Shown here: one piece after another, positions 53,310-64,000 of the stretch | Numbering within the stretch: position 1 is the stretch's first letter | Layout: the number at the start of each line of letters is the position of its first letter | Source of the DNA: an uncultured Acidobacteriota bacterium | GTDB taxonomy: Bacteria > Acidobacteriota > Blastocatellia > RBC074 | Assembly: GCA_963796275.1 (NCBI GenBank) | Contig: CAWCKY010000007.1 | Coordinates: forward strand, 128,001 to 192,000 | Length of the DNA stretch: 64,000 nt | Direction: 5' to 3' | The notes under the pieces: generated by a model | Seen by the model: only the letters and a program-made list of their open reading frames with translations | What the model was told of the DNA's origin: nothing | The model's database searches: none | Position numbers and translations under genes: made by a program

Positions 53310-56251
53310 TCAGTTCCGAGAAAGAAATTCATCCAGATTCATGATCGCGTTGGCAGTCACAATCCACGCGGCGAATTCGGGCTGGCTGACTCCGGTTGGC
53401 GCGACCGCGCGCGCGGATCTTGATCAGTGCGCCCGCCTTATCCGGGGCAGCCGCAAACACCTTTTGCGCATCTCTCTGCAGATGCTATCAATGGGCCAGC
53501 TTCTCCCTTGCGCAGCGGACGTATCAGCGCCAGACGCAGCCCGCGTGCGACGCGCGATTTAGAATTTTCGCCCTCCGCGATCATCCGTCGGGCCATGCCT
53601 GCGGCAGCCTCCAGATAGACGGGATCATTGAGCGTCACCAGGGCCTGAAGCGGAGTATTGGTGCGGATGCGGCGTATCTGACATACCTCGCCGCTGCCGC
53701 CATCGAAGGTTATCATCGAAGGATACGGGGTTGTGCGTTTGAGATAAGTGTAAATGCCCCGACGGAAACGATCCTCGCCTTCGGACTCTACCCAACTTTT
53801 ACCGTTATACGTTGACCGCCACAGACGGGCAGGTTGAGGCGGCATGACGGGCGGGCCTCCCATTTTATCCGAGAGGAGCCCTGCGACCGATAGCGCCTGA
53901 TCGCGCACAGCTTCTGCGCTGAGGCGGTATCGCCCGCCGCGAGATTGAATCAGATTGCGCGGGTCGGCTTCACGTAAAGCGGACGTGACGTCTGACGACT
54001 GGCGATAGGTGTCGCTCATCACAATTGTTTTGATGAGTTTTTTCAACGACCATCCGCCATCACGATATTCAGATGCCAACCAATCGAGCAGTTCAGGGTT
54101 CGAGGGCAGGGAACCCTGTGCGCCGAAATCCTCTTCGGTCTCGACGATGCCGATTCCGAAAAGCCGCGCCCAGATGCGGTTCGCCCAGACGCGCGGCGTC
54201 AGCGGATTGTCGCGGCCGACCAGCCATTGCGCTACGCCCAGGCGATTGCGCGGCGCACCTTCGGGGAACTTGAGAAACGCAGCGGGTACGCCCGCCGTGA
54301 CCGGGTCTCCCTGATCCAGAAAATTACCGCGAACATGGATTTTAGTTTCGCGGTTTTTGTCCGCGGTGAGTTCGCGCATCACCGGCAGTCGCACAACGTC
54401 CTCGTTGAATTTTTTCAGCGCTTGATAGGCTTCGGCGAGCTCGTCGCGCAATTTGCGAATTTCCGGTGAAATTACCGGTGGCTGCAAGGTAGCCGGATCG
54501 TCGTTGCTAGTGGCCAGACGTATGCGCCGCAGCGTGTGGGATTCGCCGAACTGCTGCGAGAGTGTTACGCGCAGTTTAGCTTCAGCCTTCAACTGAAGTG
54601 GTTCCGCGATATTGAAAAGCGCTATGTGCGGTTCGTGCGCGCGTGAACTGACCGACCAGCCCGTTTTCGCGTCGCCATCGATCGCGGCAGCGACGGGTCC
54701 TTTCTCCTCCGCGAAATCCGCGCGCGCTCCGGTAAGCCGAACCGGCCGCCCGCCGGACGCGTCAAGCAATTCCGCGGATAGTTCCGATAAAACGAAGTTG
54801 GATGTCCTGCCATTGCGCCCGACCGCCAGCTGGCCGCTCGCGAGCTTATCGGGGAGCGCCTCCAGACGCAGCGCGGTATGTGATCCGGCCGCAAGCGTGA
54901 GCGTCACGGTATAGATATCTTCCGGAGGAGCTTTTCCGCTGGCAGCGACGGCGCCGTCTTTTTGCGGCGTAAGCATCGCGCCGTCTCGGGAGACGGCTTC
55001 CGCCACGGCGGCGAGACGCCATTTGCTTTCCCAGGCTTTATCGGTTTGGCCCGCGTCCTCAAGCGATGTCAATTCTCGACCTAACGATTGGAGGCGCGCC
55101 TGCAATTGCGCGCGTTCTTCCTTTTGCTCGGGCGAGAGTGTCTCTATCGTGGGCGCATCGTCATATCGGTCGGCATCGGTTGTCTGATTGAACATCGCAT
55201 AAAAGCTGTAATATTCGGCGTGCGAGATGGGCTCGTATTTGTGGGTGTGGCATTTGGCGCATCCCATCGTCAGGCCCATCCATACCTGCACCGTGGTATC
55301 CACGCGGTCCTTCACCGCAGCTACGCGGAATTCCTCATCGTCAGTTCCTCCTTCATCATTGGTCATCGTGTTGCGATGAAAAGCAGTCGCGATCAGTTGT
55401 TGCTCGGTAGGATTTGACAGCAGGTCGCCGGCGATCTGTTCCGTCGTGAAGCGATCGAGCGGCATATCTATGTTGAACGCATTCACTACCCAATCACGAT
55501 AAGGCCACATGGTACGGCCCAAATCTTTTTCGTATCCCTTAGTATCTGCATAACGCGCCAGGTCGAGCCACATCCGCCCCCAGTGTTCCCCGAACTGAGG
55601 CTTTCGCAATAGTTCATCCACCATTCGTTCATAGGCGGCGGATGAAGGATCTGCGGCGAAACTATCGGCGATCTCCGGTGTGGGCGCCAACCCGATCAGG
55701 TCTAGCCATAATCGCCGCGCCAGTGTATGCGGCGCAGCGGGATTACGGAGCTTGAGCCCCTTCTTCGCGAGCGACGCGCTCACCAGCGCATCAATCGGGC
55801 GTCGCCCGCTTGCAAGCGCGGGCCGCGTCACCGGCTCAAAAGACCAATGCTTTCCCCACTTCGCCCCTTCGGCGATCCATCGACGCAATGTCTCGATCTG
55901 ATCGGGCGTGACCTTACGGTGCGCGCTCGGAGGCGGCATCACGAGATCGGGGTCGCTGCTGGTCAGACGCGCTATGATCAAACTTTTTTCAGGCTGTCCG
56001 GGCGCAACGGGAAAACCGCTTCGGCGTTTGGATTTCGCGGCTTCCTCGATGTCGAGGCGCAAGCCCGCCTTGCGGTTCTTCTCATCGGGCCCATGGCAGG
56101 CGAAACAGTTCGTCGACAGGATCGGCAATACATCGGTGCCAAAGCGAACAGGTTCCTGGGCTGCCTCCTGAGAAGACAGGACAATCGGGGCCAGGAGAAC
56201 CAGCATTACTTTTAATAACCGGTTGGAGGGTTTCATCTGTCTCGAATTCAT
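53310..56251 (-). CDS. Planctomycete-type cytochrome c / DUF1549 / DUF1553 protein; two frameshifts near the 3' end
   Basis: CFACH, CAKCH, WLDLARYAD, PELLDWLA, TNTPLQAL; expected C-terminus AAWIVTANAIMNLDEFLSRN is out of frame and ends at 53310. Confidence 0.9.
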
Positions 56252-56425
56252 TGCTTCCTCAAAAAAATAAATGAGATCAGTGAAGAGACTGCGCAGTCTG
56301 GATGAAGGATAATCCCGCGCGTCTACCGTGGGTTGAAACCTTGTCATTATCCAAACTCTCGCGATTTGCGATTATTGCTCTACGCCCCTGAAAAGGCGGT
56401 GGATGTTAGCCAGTGGTGGAGGCGT

Positions 56426-56828
56426 CATTGGTATCTACACAAATCAGAGATCTCGCAAATCCACCAAACTGCGGGAGGTTATACATAATGATTGGCCTCC
56501 TCTCTTAGCCCGATTCATCGGGTTTTCCCGCAGGGCACATATGCCAGTCCTTTGAGGAGGCGAGCTCAGGAGACCTAATCTCGAGGCGCTTTAGCGTTCT
56601 TGCAGTCCGGCTTTAGCCACCAATGATCGAGAGACGGCTATAGCCCGATGAACAAGCCCGTTGAAAACGGGCTAAGGATATATCCTTCAAGCTACCAGCC
56701 GTCACACGGCTGGCCTATCTGCCCTGCGGGAAAGCCCGGTAAACCGGTCTGAGAGAGATGCCTATCATTCTGTGCCGTCTCCTGCCCTCGAGGGATTTCA
56801 AAAATCAGAGTTGTGTAGATTACCAATG
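56426..56828. repeat. ~400-bp imperfect palindromic element (MITE/REPIN-like)
   Basis: Arms CATTGGTATCTACACAA...TTTCCCGCAGGGCA and TGCCCTGCGGGAAA...TTGTGTAGATTACCAATG. Confidence 0.7.
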
Positions 56829-56919
56829 GGCAAAGCGTTGCGGTACCACCGGAAGCCGTTAATTCTCAAGACCATAACCGGGTTGAGTCAGCGCAATATC
56901 ACACCTCCTCACACGATTC

Positions 56920-58344
56920 TTACGCCAGAATTTTCTTCACCACATTCCCATGAACATCGGTCAGCCGGAAGTCGCGCCCCTGGAATCTATAAGTCAGTTT
57001 CGTATGGTCCATGCCCATCAGATGAAGGATTGTCGCGTGGAGATCGTGAACTTCGACTGCATCTTCGACGATGTTGTAACCGAACTCATCGGTCCGACCG
57101 ATGCTGACCCCGGGTTTGATGCCAGCGCCGGCCAGCCAAACGGTGAATGCGCGCGGATGGTGATCGCGCCCCATGAGGTTCGACCCGTTGCGTTTTTCGT
57201 TCATCGGAGTGCGTCCGAACTCCCCACCCCAAACCACGAGGGTCTCATCGAGCAAACCACGATTGTCAAGATCGGTCAGCAGGGCGCTGATCGCTTTGTC
57301 GGTCTGCATGCAGAGATGCGGTAACTTGACGGCGATGTCGCCCCCCACCGAGTTACCGTGTGTATCCCATCCGCGATGATAAAGTTGAACGAACCTTACG
57401 CCGCGCTCAACCAGCCGGCGAGCGAGCAGGCAATTGTTGGCGAATGACTTCACTCCCGGCTCGGTCCCGTAAAGCTCATGGATGTGAGCCGGCTCTCCGC
57501 TGATGTCGATCAGCTCGGGCACGCTCGTCTGCATCCTGAAGGCAAGTTCGTATGCCTCGATGCGCGTCGCGATCTCCGGATCGCCTGTCCGACCCTGCCT
57601 GATGGTGTTCAGGTCCTTCAGCGCATCGAGCGTGCCGCGGCGTGACTGAACGTTGACTCCATCCGGATTCGAGACAAATAGAACGGGCTCCCCCTTCGAT
57701 CTGAATTCGACGCCCTGATAGACAGTCGGTAAAAATCCGCTGCCCCACAGCGCCTTACCTCCATCGGGGTCCGCTTCGCCCGATAGCATGACGACGAAAC
57801 CCGGAAGGTCACGGTTTTCACTCCCGATGCCGTACATCAACCACGACCCGAGGCTCGGCCGCCCGATAATTTGATGCCCTGTGTTGATAAAAATCTGTGC
57901 CGGAGCATGATTGAACTGCGTCGTGTGCATCGAGCGGATGAATGCAATCCGATCGGCATGCTTTGATAAATGCGGCAGCAGTTCGGAAAGGACTGCCCCC
58001 GATTGCCCGTGTTGTTTGAACTTGAACGGCGAGCCGAGGCAGAGCGGAGTGCCTTTGATGAATGCGAAACGCTCTCCTTTGACCAGCTCCTCGGGAATCG
58101 GCTGGTTGTCGTATTGATTTAGCTTCGGCTTGGGATCGAACATATCGATCTGCGAGGGACCGCCTGCCATGAAGAGGAATATTATCTTTTTCGCCTTGGC
58201 CGCGTAGTGTGGAGCATTATTTGTCTGCGCAATCGCTCCTTCATCGATGAGTGAAGATAAGGCCATAGCGCCGATACCGTATCCGGTCTGCTTGAAGAAA
58301 TGCCGGCGCGTTACTTGCCTGAGCGATTCATTTTTCTGCGTCAT
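56920..58344 (-). CDS. DUF1501 protein, Tat signal (second paralog)
   Basis: [39 protein letters not shown]. Confidence 0.92.
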   Translation of the reverse strand: MTQKNESLRQVTRRHFFKQTGYGIGAMALSSLIDEGAIAQTNNAPHYAAKAKKIIFLFMAGGPSQIDMFDPKPKLNQYDNQPIPEELVKGERFAFIKGTPLCLGSPFKFKQHGQSGAVLSELLPHLSKHADRIAFIRSMHTTQFNHAPAQIFINTGHQIIGRPSLGSWLMYGIGSENRDLPGFVVMLSGEADPDGGKALWGSGFLPTVYQGVEFRSKGEPVLFVSNPDGVNVQSRRGTLDALKDLNTIRQGRTGDPEIATRIEAYELAFRMQTSVPELIDISGEPAHIHELYGTEPGVKSFANNCLLARRLVERGVRFVQLYHRGWDTHGNSVGGDIAVKLPHLCMQTDKAISALLTDLDNRGLLDETLVVWGGEFGRTPMNEKRNGSNLMGRDHHPRAFTVWLAGAGIKPGVSIGRTDEFGYNIVEDAVEVHDLHATILHLMGMDHTKLTYRFQGRDFRLTDVHGNVVKKILA

Positions 58345-58365
58345 ATTATTCAGCCTCATCAGGTT

Positions 58366-61300
58366 CTATTCCTTCGATAACATTTCATCCAGGTTCAAGA
58401 GTACATTGGCGACCATTGTCCAGGCAGCAACCTCCGCCGGATCGCCCTTATTGTCCGCTGCGCCTGATCCCTGCGCGATCTTTTTTGCCCCCTCGAGATC
58501 GAGGCGATAAATTTCAAGTTGCTGTCGAAACAATTCAGCCAGGCGCCTGACTTCGGTTTCGCCGGGTTTCCGCGCGAGACACAGCCTGAAACCAAAGGTC
58601 ATTCTCTCATCGATTGCCCCACTCACTTCCGTCATCATTCGTCGGGCGAGAGCGCTCGCCATCTCGAATACCGCCCCGTCATTGAGCAGGTTCAAGGCCT
58701 GCAGTGGAGTATTAGTGCGAACGCGCCTGACCGTGCAGTATTCGCGGCTGGTGGCATCGAAGGTCGTCATCATCGGATAAGGGGCCGTGCGGCGAATGAA
58801 AGTATAGAGACTTCGCCGATAGAGATCCTCGCCCTTACTGGTAGTCCATTTGATGCTACTGCCATCGTAGGGATTCATCCAGATGCCTTCAGGCTGTCGC
58901 GGGTAAACAGCTTGTCCTCCGATCCTAGGACTGAGCAGCCCGCTCGCGGCGAGTGCGCTGTCGCGGATTATCTCCGCCTCGAGACGGAACCGCGGGCCCC
59001 GTGCCAGCAAACGGTTGTATGGATCCCGCTCCAATAACGACGGTTTGACTGATGAATCCTGGCGATAGGTGGCCGAAGTGACAATCAACCGGATCATCCT
59101 CTTCATACCCCATGCCGCGCCGCCCCGTTCGGGCTGCATAAATTCCACCGCGAGCCAATCGAGCAGCTCGGGATGCGTGGGCGGTGAGCTTTGCGCGCCG
59201 AAGTCCTCGCTTGTTTCCACGATCCCCCGACCGAAGATCGCCTCCCAGAATCGATTGACCATGACCCGGGCTGTCAGCGGGTTCTCCTTAGAGGCGAGCC
59301 ATCTCGCCAGACCCAGGCGATTGTATGGCGCATCTTCGGGCCACGAGTGCAGGATGGCGGGAGTAGCGGCATATACCCTTTCGCCTCGGCTCATATAATT
59401 GCCTCTCTCGCGCAGCTCAGTCGATGGCCTTTCAAACGATGGTTTTTCGCGAATAATCTGGGCTTTGACTATGCCGAGGTTTTCCAGCCCGGTTCGCAAT
59501 TCTCGCAATCGATCTCTTTCCCGTTTTAGTATCGGTGTCGTTTGCAGGAATTGATCGGAGAGAGCTTGCCTCTGAGGTTGCGACAGTTTCTCGACTGAGA
59601 GATCCAGTAGCGGCCGAAATCTTACCGGCAGCGAGACAATCGACTCCGGATGATCCGAACTGGTGACGGATAATCGAATTCTTCCCAATCCCTGCGCGAC
59701 TACCCGGCCGATCTGTCTCACTTTGATCGTGAGTGTCATGCCGGCTTGGGGGCTGATCGGCTCTGCGCAAGTGAAGACGATCTCTCGGTTGAGGCGCTTC
59801 TCGTCTCTCGTCGCGTCGATCATCCACCCGCTTTTCCCGGTTTGTGGATCATTACTGAAGAGTTGCTTCAGGTCAGGTCGGCCGATGGAATCATTGGCAG
59901 CGGCATTGGCCAGCTTCACACGATTTGACGCGGCGAAAACTTCGATGCCGGAAAGTACGAAATTGCCGTACGGGTCGCGTCCCGGACCGCCATGCGGCAG
60001 ACTCTCATCGGCCATCACTTCAAGCCGCAGAGCCGTCATTCTCGGTAAGGACGGAGGGATCTGCGCGGTGATCGAATAGGTCTCTTCTACCGGATGGTCG
60101 CCTTTAGCGAGCAATGATTTGTCCGCGAGTTTTTCGAGTTTTGTTCCCCCGGCCGAGTTGAAGGCGACCGGATCGAGCGCGATCCATTGGCCCGGCTCTT
60201 TGCGCAGTTCGTCTAACCATTTAGCGCGCGCGGCATCGAGCTCGGGTGAGGAAGTCTTGAGCTTCGCTTCGAGCGATTTGATAGCCTCCAGCATCTCTTT
60301 TCGTTTCACTGCCTGCTCCGGTGTCGGCAATTCGAGCTCCGGCTCGATCACCCAGCCCTCGCTTCCTGGCATGACCAGCAAGTTGTATTCGTGTGAATCG
60401 AAGAACGCGAAGAGTTTGTAATACTCCTTTTGCGAGAAGGGATCGTATTTATGGTTGTGGCATTGCGCACAGGCGATCGTCGAACCGAGCCATACCGTGG
60501 CAGTCGTATTGACGCGATCAATGATCGTCTCCCAGCGAGCCTCCTCATCATCGACCCCGCCCTCCTGGTTGAGCATGGTGTTGCGATGGAATCCGGTGGC
60601 GATCAATTGATCGTTCGACGGCTTCGCCAACATATCGCCAGCGAGTTGTTCGATCGTGAATTGATCGAACGGCATGTCCTTGTTTATTGCGTCGATCACC
60701 CAATCGCGATATTTCCACATCGTCCGCGGGCGGTCTTTTTCATAGCCGTGAGAATCGGCGTAACGCGCCAGGTCGAGCCACGGTCGCGCCCACCTTTCAC
60801 CGAAATGAGGGCTGACGAGCAGGCGATCGACCGCCTTTTCGTAAGCCTCCGGTGAACTGTCGGCCAGAAAATCATCGACCTCTTGTGGCGATGGCGGAAG
60901 ACCGATCAAATCCAGGTAAACGCGGCGCAGCAATGTCACGCGGTCCGCTTCTTTCGATGGAGGAAGATTCTCTTTCTCCATCCGCGCCAGAATGAACGAA
61001 TCGATGGGATTCCTGACCCAGTTTTTGTGTTTAACTTCAGGTAACTGTGGGCGGACCGGTTTAACATATGACCAATGCTTCTTTAGCTCTGAGTCCTGTT
61101 CAACACCTGGCCAATTCGCACCCAGATCGATCCAGTTTCTTATCAGGTTGATCTCGCTCGGATTCAAAGGAGGGCCGCCCATCGGCATACGCGCTTCACC
61201 GCCTGTGCCCCCGTCTGTACCTAGGATGCGCCGAAGCAAAAGGCTCTCCTTGCTATTTCCCGGAATTATTACCGCACCCGAGATACCGCCCTTCATAGCC

Positions 61301-61521
61301 AGAGTTTTCGTATCCAGCCGCAATTGTCCGGATGCTTTTTTGGCGGAGTGGCATTTAAAACAATGGTTGGCGAAGATCGGCTGAATGTCGCGCGCGAAGT
61401 CGATTTTCCCTTGCTGGAGCTCGGAATGAAGAGCTGCGCCGCTCGTCGCGCCGGGCCAAATGATATAACCAGCGCTGGTAATGAAGAGGATACAGATGAT
61501 TAGTCTTACTATGCCGTTCAT
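58366..61521 (-). CDS. Planctomycete-type cytochrome c / DUF1549 / DUF1553 protein (second paralog)
   Basis: CFKCH, CAQCH, HWSY, WLDLARYAD, HPELLDWLA, LLNLDE. Confidence 0.92.
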   Translation of the reverse strand: MNGIVRLIICILFITSAGYIIWPGATSGAALHSELQQGKIDFARDIQPIFANHCFKCHSAKKASGQLRLDTKTLAMKGGISGAVIIPGNSKESLLLRRILGTDGGTGGEARMPMGGPPLNPSEINLIRNWIDLGANWPGVEQDSELKKHWSYVKPVRPQLPEVKHKNWVRNPIDSFILARMEKENLPPSKEADRVTLLRRVYLDLIGLPPSPQEVDDFLADSSPEAYEKAVDRLLVSPHFGERWARPWLDLARYADSHGYEKDRPRTMWKYRDWVIDAINKDMPFDQFTIEQLAGDMLAKPSNDQLIATGFHRNTMLNQEGGVDDEEARWETIIDRVNTTATVWLGSTIACAQCHNHKYDPFSQKEYYKLFAFFDSHEYNLLVMPGSEGWVIEPELELPTPEQAVKRKEMLEAIKSLEAKLKTSSPELDAARAKWLDELRKEPGQWIALDPVAFNSAGGTKLEKLADKSLLAKGDHPVEETYSITAQIPPSLPRMTALRLEVMADESLPHGGPGRDPYGNFVLSGIEVFAASNRVKLANAAANDSIGRPDLKQLFSNDPQTGKSGWMIDATRDEKRLNREIVFTCAEPISPQAGMTLTIKVRQIGRVVAQGLGRIRLSVTSSDHPESIVSLPVRFRPLLDLSVEKLSQPQRQALSDQFLQTTPILKRERDRLRELRTGLENLGIVKAQIIREKPSFERPSTELRERGNYMSRGERVYAATPAILHSWPEDAPYNRLGLARWLASKENPLTARVMVNRFWEAIFGRGIVETSEDFGAQSSPPTHPELLDWLAVEFMQPERGGAAWGMKRMIRLIVTSATYRQDSSVKPSLLERDPYNRLLARGPRFRLEAEIIRDSALAASGLLSPRIGGQAVYPRQPEGIWMNPYDGSSIKWTTSKGEDLYRRSLYTFIRRTAPYPMMTTFDATSREYCTVRRVRTNTPLQALNLLNDGAVFEMASALARRMMTEVSGAIDERMTFGFRLCLARKPGETEVRRLAELFRQQLEIYRLDLEGAKKIAQGSGAADNKGDPAEVAAWTMVANVLLNLDEMLSKE

Positions 61522-62015
61522 AACGTCCCCCAGTTATCGCAAGGTTTGAAGCCCGATCGCACCGGTGACTCAAGACTTCTCCCCCCAAGGGGTTATCTTG
61601 CGGACGAAGGTTTTATTGGTATATCAGGTTCAGACCAGGAATCTTTGACACCTTACCATGCCGGGAATAAGCTGCCAAACGGTCTCGCCGATTCACCTGA
61701 TTCAATCGCTATCCAACAAGGGACAACTGGGTCATCCAATGCGCTCATCAATCTCGGCGGTCACTGCGTCGAGATTGATGTGACCAAAGCGGGTGCTGAG
61801 GGAGTCACCATCGCCCAGGGAGACAACATCGACTGTTTTTTTATCTCCTACCCATCCGATTGCGTCATGTTTCACCACTTAATTGACACCTTATATTTGT
61901 AGCTCCTAGACCATAAAGCGGCTTGTGCTATATCAGGCATCAGGAAGTATCCTTTTGAGGTTTAGATGAAGAGTGCAAATAAAAAAAGTCATCGAAATCA
62001 ACGTTATCGGTCCTT

Positions 62016-62115
62016 AGCCCCAGGGGCGCGGAATATTTATAGAACTTGCTCTCCAACATCTCAAGCTCCTGAGAGGGGCGACATCTAAATGCCGATTTGC
62101 CGCTCCACCGGAGCT
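62016..62115. repeat. Degenerate REP-like palindrome cluster
   Basis: AGCCCCAGGGGC; AGCTCCTGAGAGGGGCGAC ... GCCGCTCCACCGGAGCT. Confidence 0.45.
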
Positions 62116-62163
62116 GGTGAGACTTCGGTTCTGACCCTACTAAAGAATTAAGGAGATGAAGAA

Positions 62164-62823
62164 ATGCAGAATGAAGAATATATTTATGACCCGCCATTAT
62201 CGGGAAAAATACCATATGCAATTGGACAGGGAAGTACGGTTCGCATACCTATACCGGGATCAAGAGGTTTATGTATAGAATTTAGCTCCAGGGGATGGAA
62301 ACCCCCGACCGGATCGACGTCAAGACTATTCTTTCAAGATATAGAAGGTAAACGTAATTTACGCTTAGATTATGGATATAATCTGTCGACTAAGACCATA
62401 GATTATCATTGGAATCAGAAAGGTACTAAAGATGTTTTTAATCTCCCCAATCATACTCCCGCAGGCATTTCGGGCGGCGTTGCTTATCATGCGGCAAAAT
62501 ACTTCCGATACGCAGGTCGAACGCTGATGATTCTCGGAATATCTGTTGATATTATCTCTGTTGTTCATGCCAACAAACCATTGCGACGCGCTTCAGAAGT
62601 CGTTGCCGCGTGGGCGGGAGCATGGGTTGGTTGTAAAACTGCAGGAGCTGGCGGAGCTGCAATAGGTTCGGCCGCGGGACCTATCGGAACGGCTGTTGGA
62701 GGAGTCGGGGCGTGTATTATCGGTGGATACATTGGATATCAATTGGGCGAGGAAGTAGGCGGCAAAGTATATGATTGGTCAGAAGGTACTATTTTTCATC
62801 CTATACCTGAGGTAACGCGCTAA
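62164..62823 (+). CDS. Hypothetical protein with C-terminal glycine zipper; putative toxin/bacteriocin-like
   Basis: RBS AAGGAG; LRLDYGYN...YHWNQKG core, then AWAGAWVG...GAAIG...GGYIG. Confidence 0.6.
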   Translation: MQNEEYIYDPPLSGKIPYAIGQGSTVRIPIPGSRGLCIEFSSRGWKPPTGSTSRLFFQDIEGKRNLRLDYGYNLSTKTIDYHWNQKGTKDVFNLPNHTPAGISGGVAYHAAKYFRYAGRTLMILGISVDIISVVHANKPLRRASEVVAAWAGAWVGCKTAGAGGAAIGSAAGPIGTAVGGVGACIIGGYIGYQLGEEVGGKVYDWSEGTIFHPIPEVTR

Positions 62824-63476
62824 TGTCAAAAGAACGGGGCTTTTTACTGTGTGAAAATCCGGAACCGACGAAGTGGCAATTAATATCGCCCCTTCAGGGA
62901 AATTTATGGATTCTAGGCTGGCGAAGGATGCCGGAATACGAGATCGAGGGTGGAGTTCCCGATGAAGTCGCGGAGATTCTTGCCAAGTCATTGACGAGCA
63001 CGGCTCTGGTAACTTTTCCATCTATAGAATCATCCAGTGGTAATGGTGATTATGTGCGGAGAATTGAGGTCGGATTATTGGAATCGCTGGAATCCGCTTT
63101 TTTACGAACCCCCGGTTCTTTCAATATCATCTCTACGACCAGGCCCGAATCTGCCAAGCGCCTATTTAACGCGGGAGGCTTTCCGTGGGATATGCAGGGA
63201 CAGATCATTCTTCTCTGTCCTCGTGGGTCTCAACCGCCGGTGTTAGATAGAAACACTCTTTTCTCAATCATGAAGGATAACCTGAAAGCAGATTTCAATA
63301 TGCTTTCCTTAATAGGAGTTCAAGCGATAATTTATCCCGGAGTAGATGGAGACGTGGCCGGTATCTTGTCATCATCGCAGGCTTTTGAAAGTGAAGTGCT
63401 AAGGGCGATTGAATCTGAAGCGATTCGAAGTGGTTTCGGTTGGCAAGTAGTAGCTGAAGATGATTTCATCCTTTAG
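62823..63476 (+). CDS. Hypothetical protein, putative immunity partner
   Basis: TAATG overlap with the upstream gene; FPWDMQGQ and PGVDGDVAG motifs. Confidence 0.6.
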   Translation: MSKERGFLLCENPEPTKWQLISPLQGNLWILGWRRMPEYEIEGGVPDEVAEILAKSLTSTALVTFPSIESSSGNGDYVRRIEVGLLESLESAFLRTPGSFNIISTTRPESAKRLFNAGGFPWDMQGQIILLCPRGSQPPVLDRNTLFSIMKDNLKADFNMLSLIGVQAIIYPGVDGDVAGILSSSQAFESEVLRAIESEAIRSGFGWQVVAEDDFIL

Positions 63477-63580
63477 TTTCCCGTTGTTTCCCGCGAATCG
63501 GCTGCCGGACAGAAATTCTCAGTACGAATGTTTGGTATTCTCTCTTTCACCGGTGATGAGCCAGGCGGATCGACACACGC

Positions 63581-64000
63581 TCAGGAATAGATAAAGTAGA
63601 CGGTCGTGTTGCAATCGCGATTGACGTGGATGCGCACCCAATGTGCGCTGAATCCGTCGGGGAACTCGTGATGCGCATAGCCGGCGGCAGGGACTTCCAC
63701 CTCTTTGTACATCACCCAGCTTCCGTCTCCGACAAAATCGATCTCGATCTTGAACGTCACCGGCGCGTTGGCCTTATGACTGAGATGGATGACCTTCTTG
63801 TCGAATCCCGTCATCAAGAAGGGATCGGAGATTTCACCGGCCTTCACCTCGTGCTTGTGCCAGACGCCGCCCCAGCCCGCCGGCTTGCCCATCTTCCATA
63901 GGTCGTCTACCTGGCCGAACCACAGCCCTGATTGCGGCTGGCCGTAGCTCCGATCGGTCTGGTCACCAGCCAGCACAAATAATCCGCGCCAATAACAGAA
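63581..64000 (-). CDS. 3' end of a hypothetical protein (starts beyond the window)
   Basis: Open to the window edge; GQPQSGLWFG, GKPAGWGG, SDPFLMTGFDKK, GFSAHWVR. Confidence 0.75.
   Translation of the reverse strand, partial: FCYWRGLFVLAGDQTDRSYGQPQSGLWFGQVDDLWKMGKPAGWGGVWHKHEVKAGEISDPFLMTGFDKKVIHLSHKANAPVTFKIEIDFVGDGSWVMYKEVEVPAAGYAHHEFPDGFSAHWVRIHVNRDCNTTVYFIYS

Noticed and set aside
61546-61902. 118-aa ORF between DUF1553 and the toxin-like pair
   Set aside because: It has a non-ATG start, no RBS and no recognisable motif, and cannot be supported.

Overview
Bacterial chromosomal window, probably Acidobacteriota (Blastocatellia-like). This is inferred from the acidobacterial-type VWA protein, Oar-type TonB-dependent receptors and DUF1549/DUF1553-DUF1501 pairs. 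No rRNA, tRNA, CRISPR array, transposase or integrase was seen. There are four blocks. (1) 1-8 kb: housekeeping and stress genes (VWA, CPA2 antiporter, NfeD-SPFH, SorC-type regulator, USP). (2) 8-25 kb: a sigma54-type regulatory island with two divergent PAS/GAF-AAA+ enhancer-binding proteins, each followed by an ABM-fold gene, plus a sensor-less kinase, a NarL-type regulator and envelope proteins (DUF4136, OmpA, DUF2950, DUF3300). It is punctuated by four ungapped copies of a 28-bp motif. (3) 25-52 kb: an S46 peptidase and a PUL-like carbohydrate/sugar-acid locus sharing a promoter/operator signature. (4) 52-64 kb: two cytochrome-c DUF1553 + DUF1501 pairs and an AT-richer putative toxin-immunity pair. 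The most unusual non-coding signal is a ~377-bp element with terminal inverted repeats, present twice. It is built from nested REP-like palindromes, and both copies sit at the same 7-bp site (CTGGAAG) of the same REP family in opposite orientations. Four genes carry small frameshifts, most likely assembly errors. Family names come from motif recognition, not database searches.
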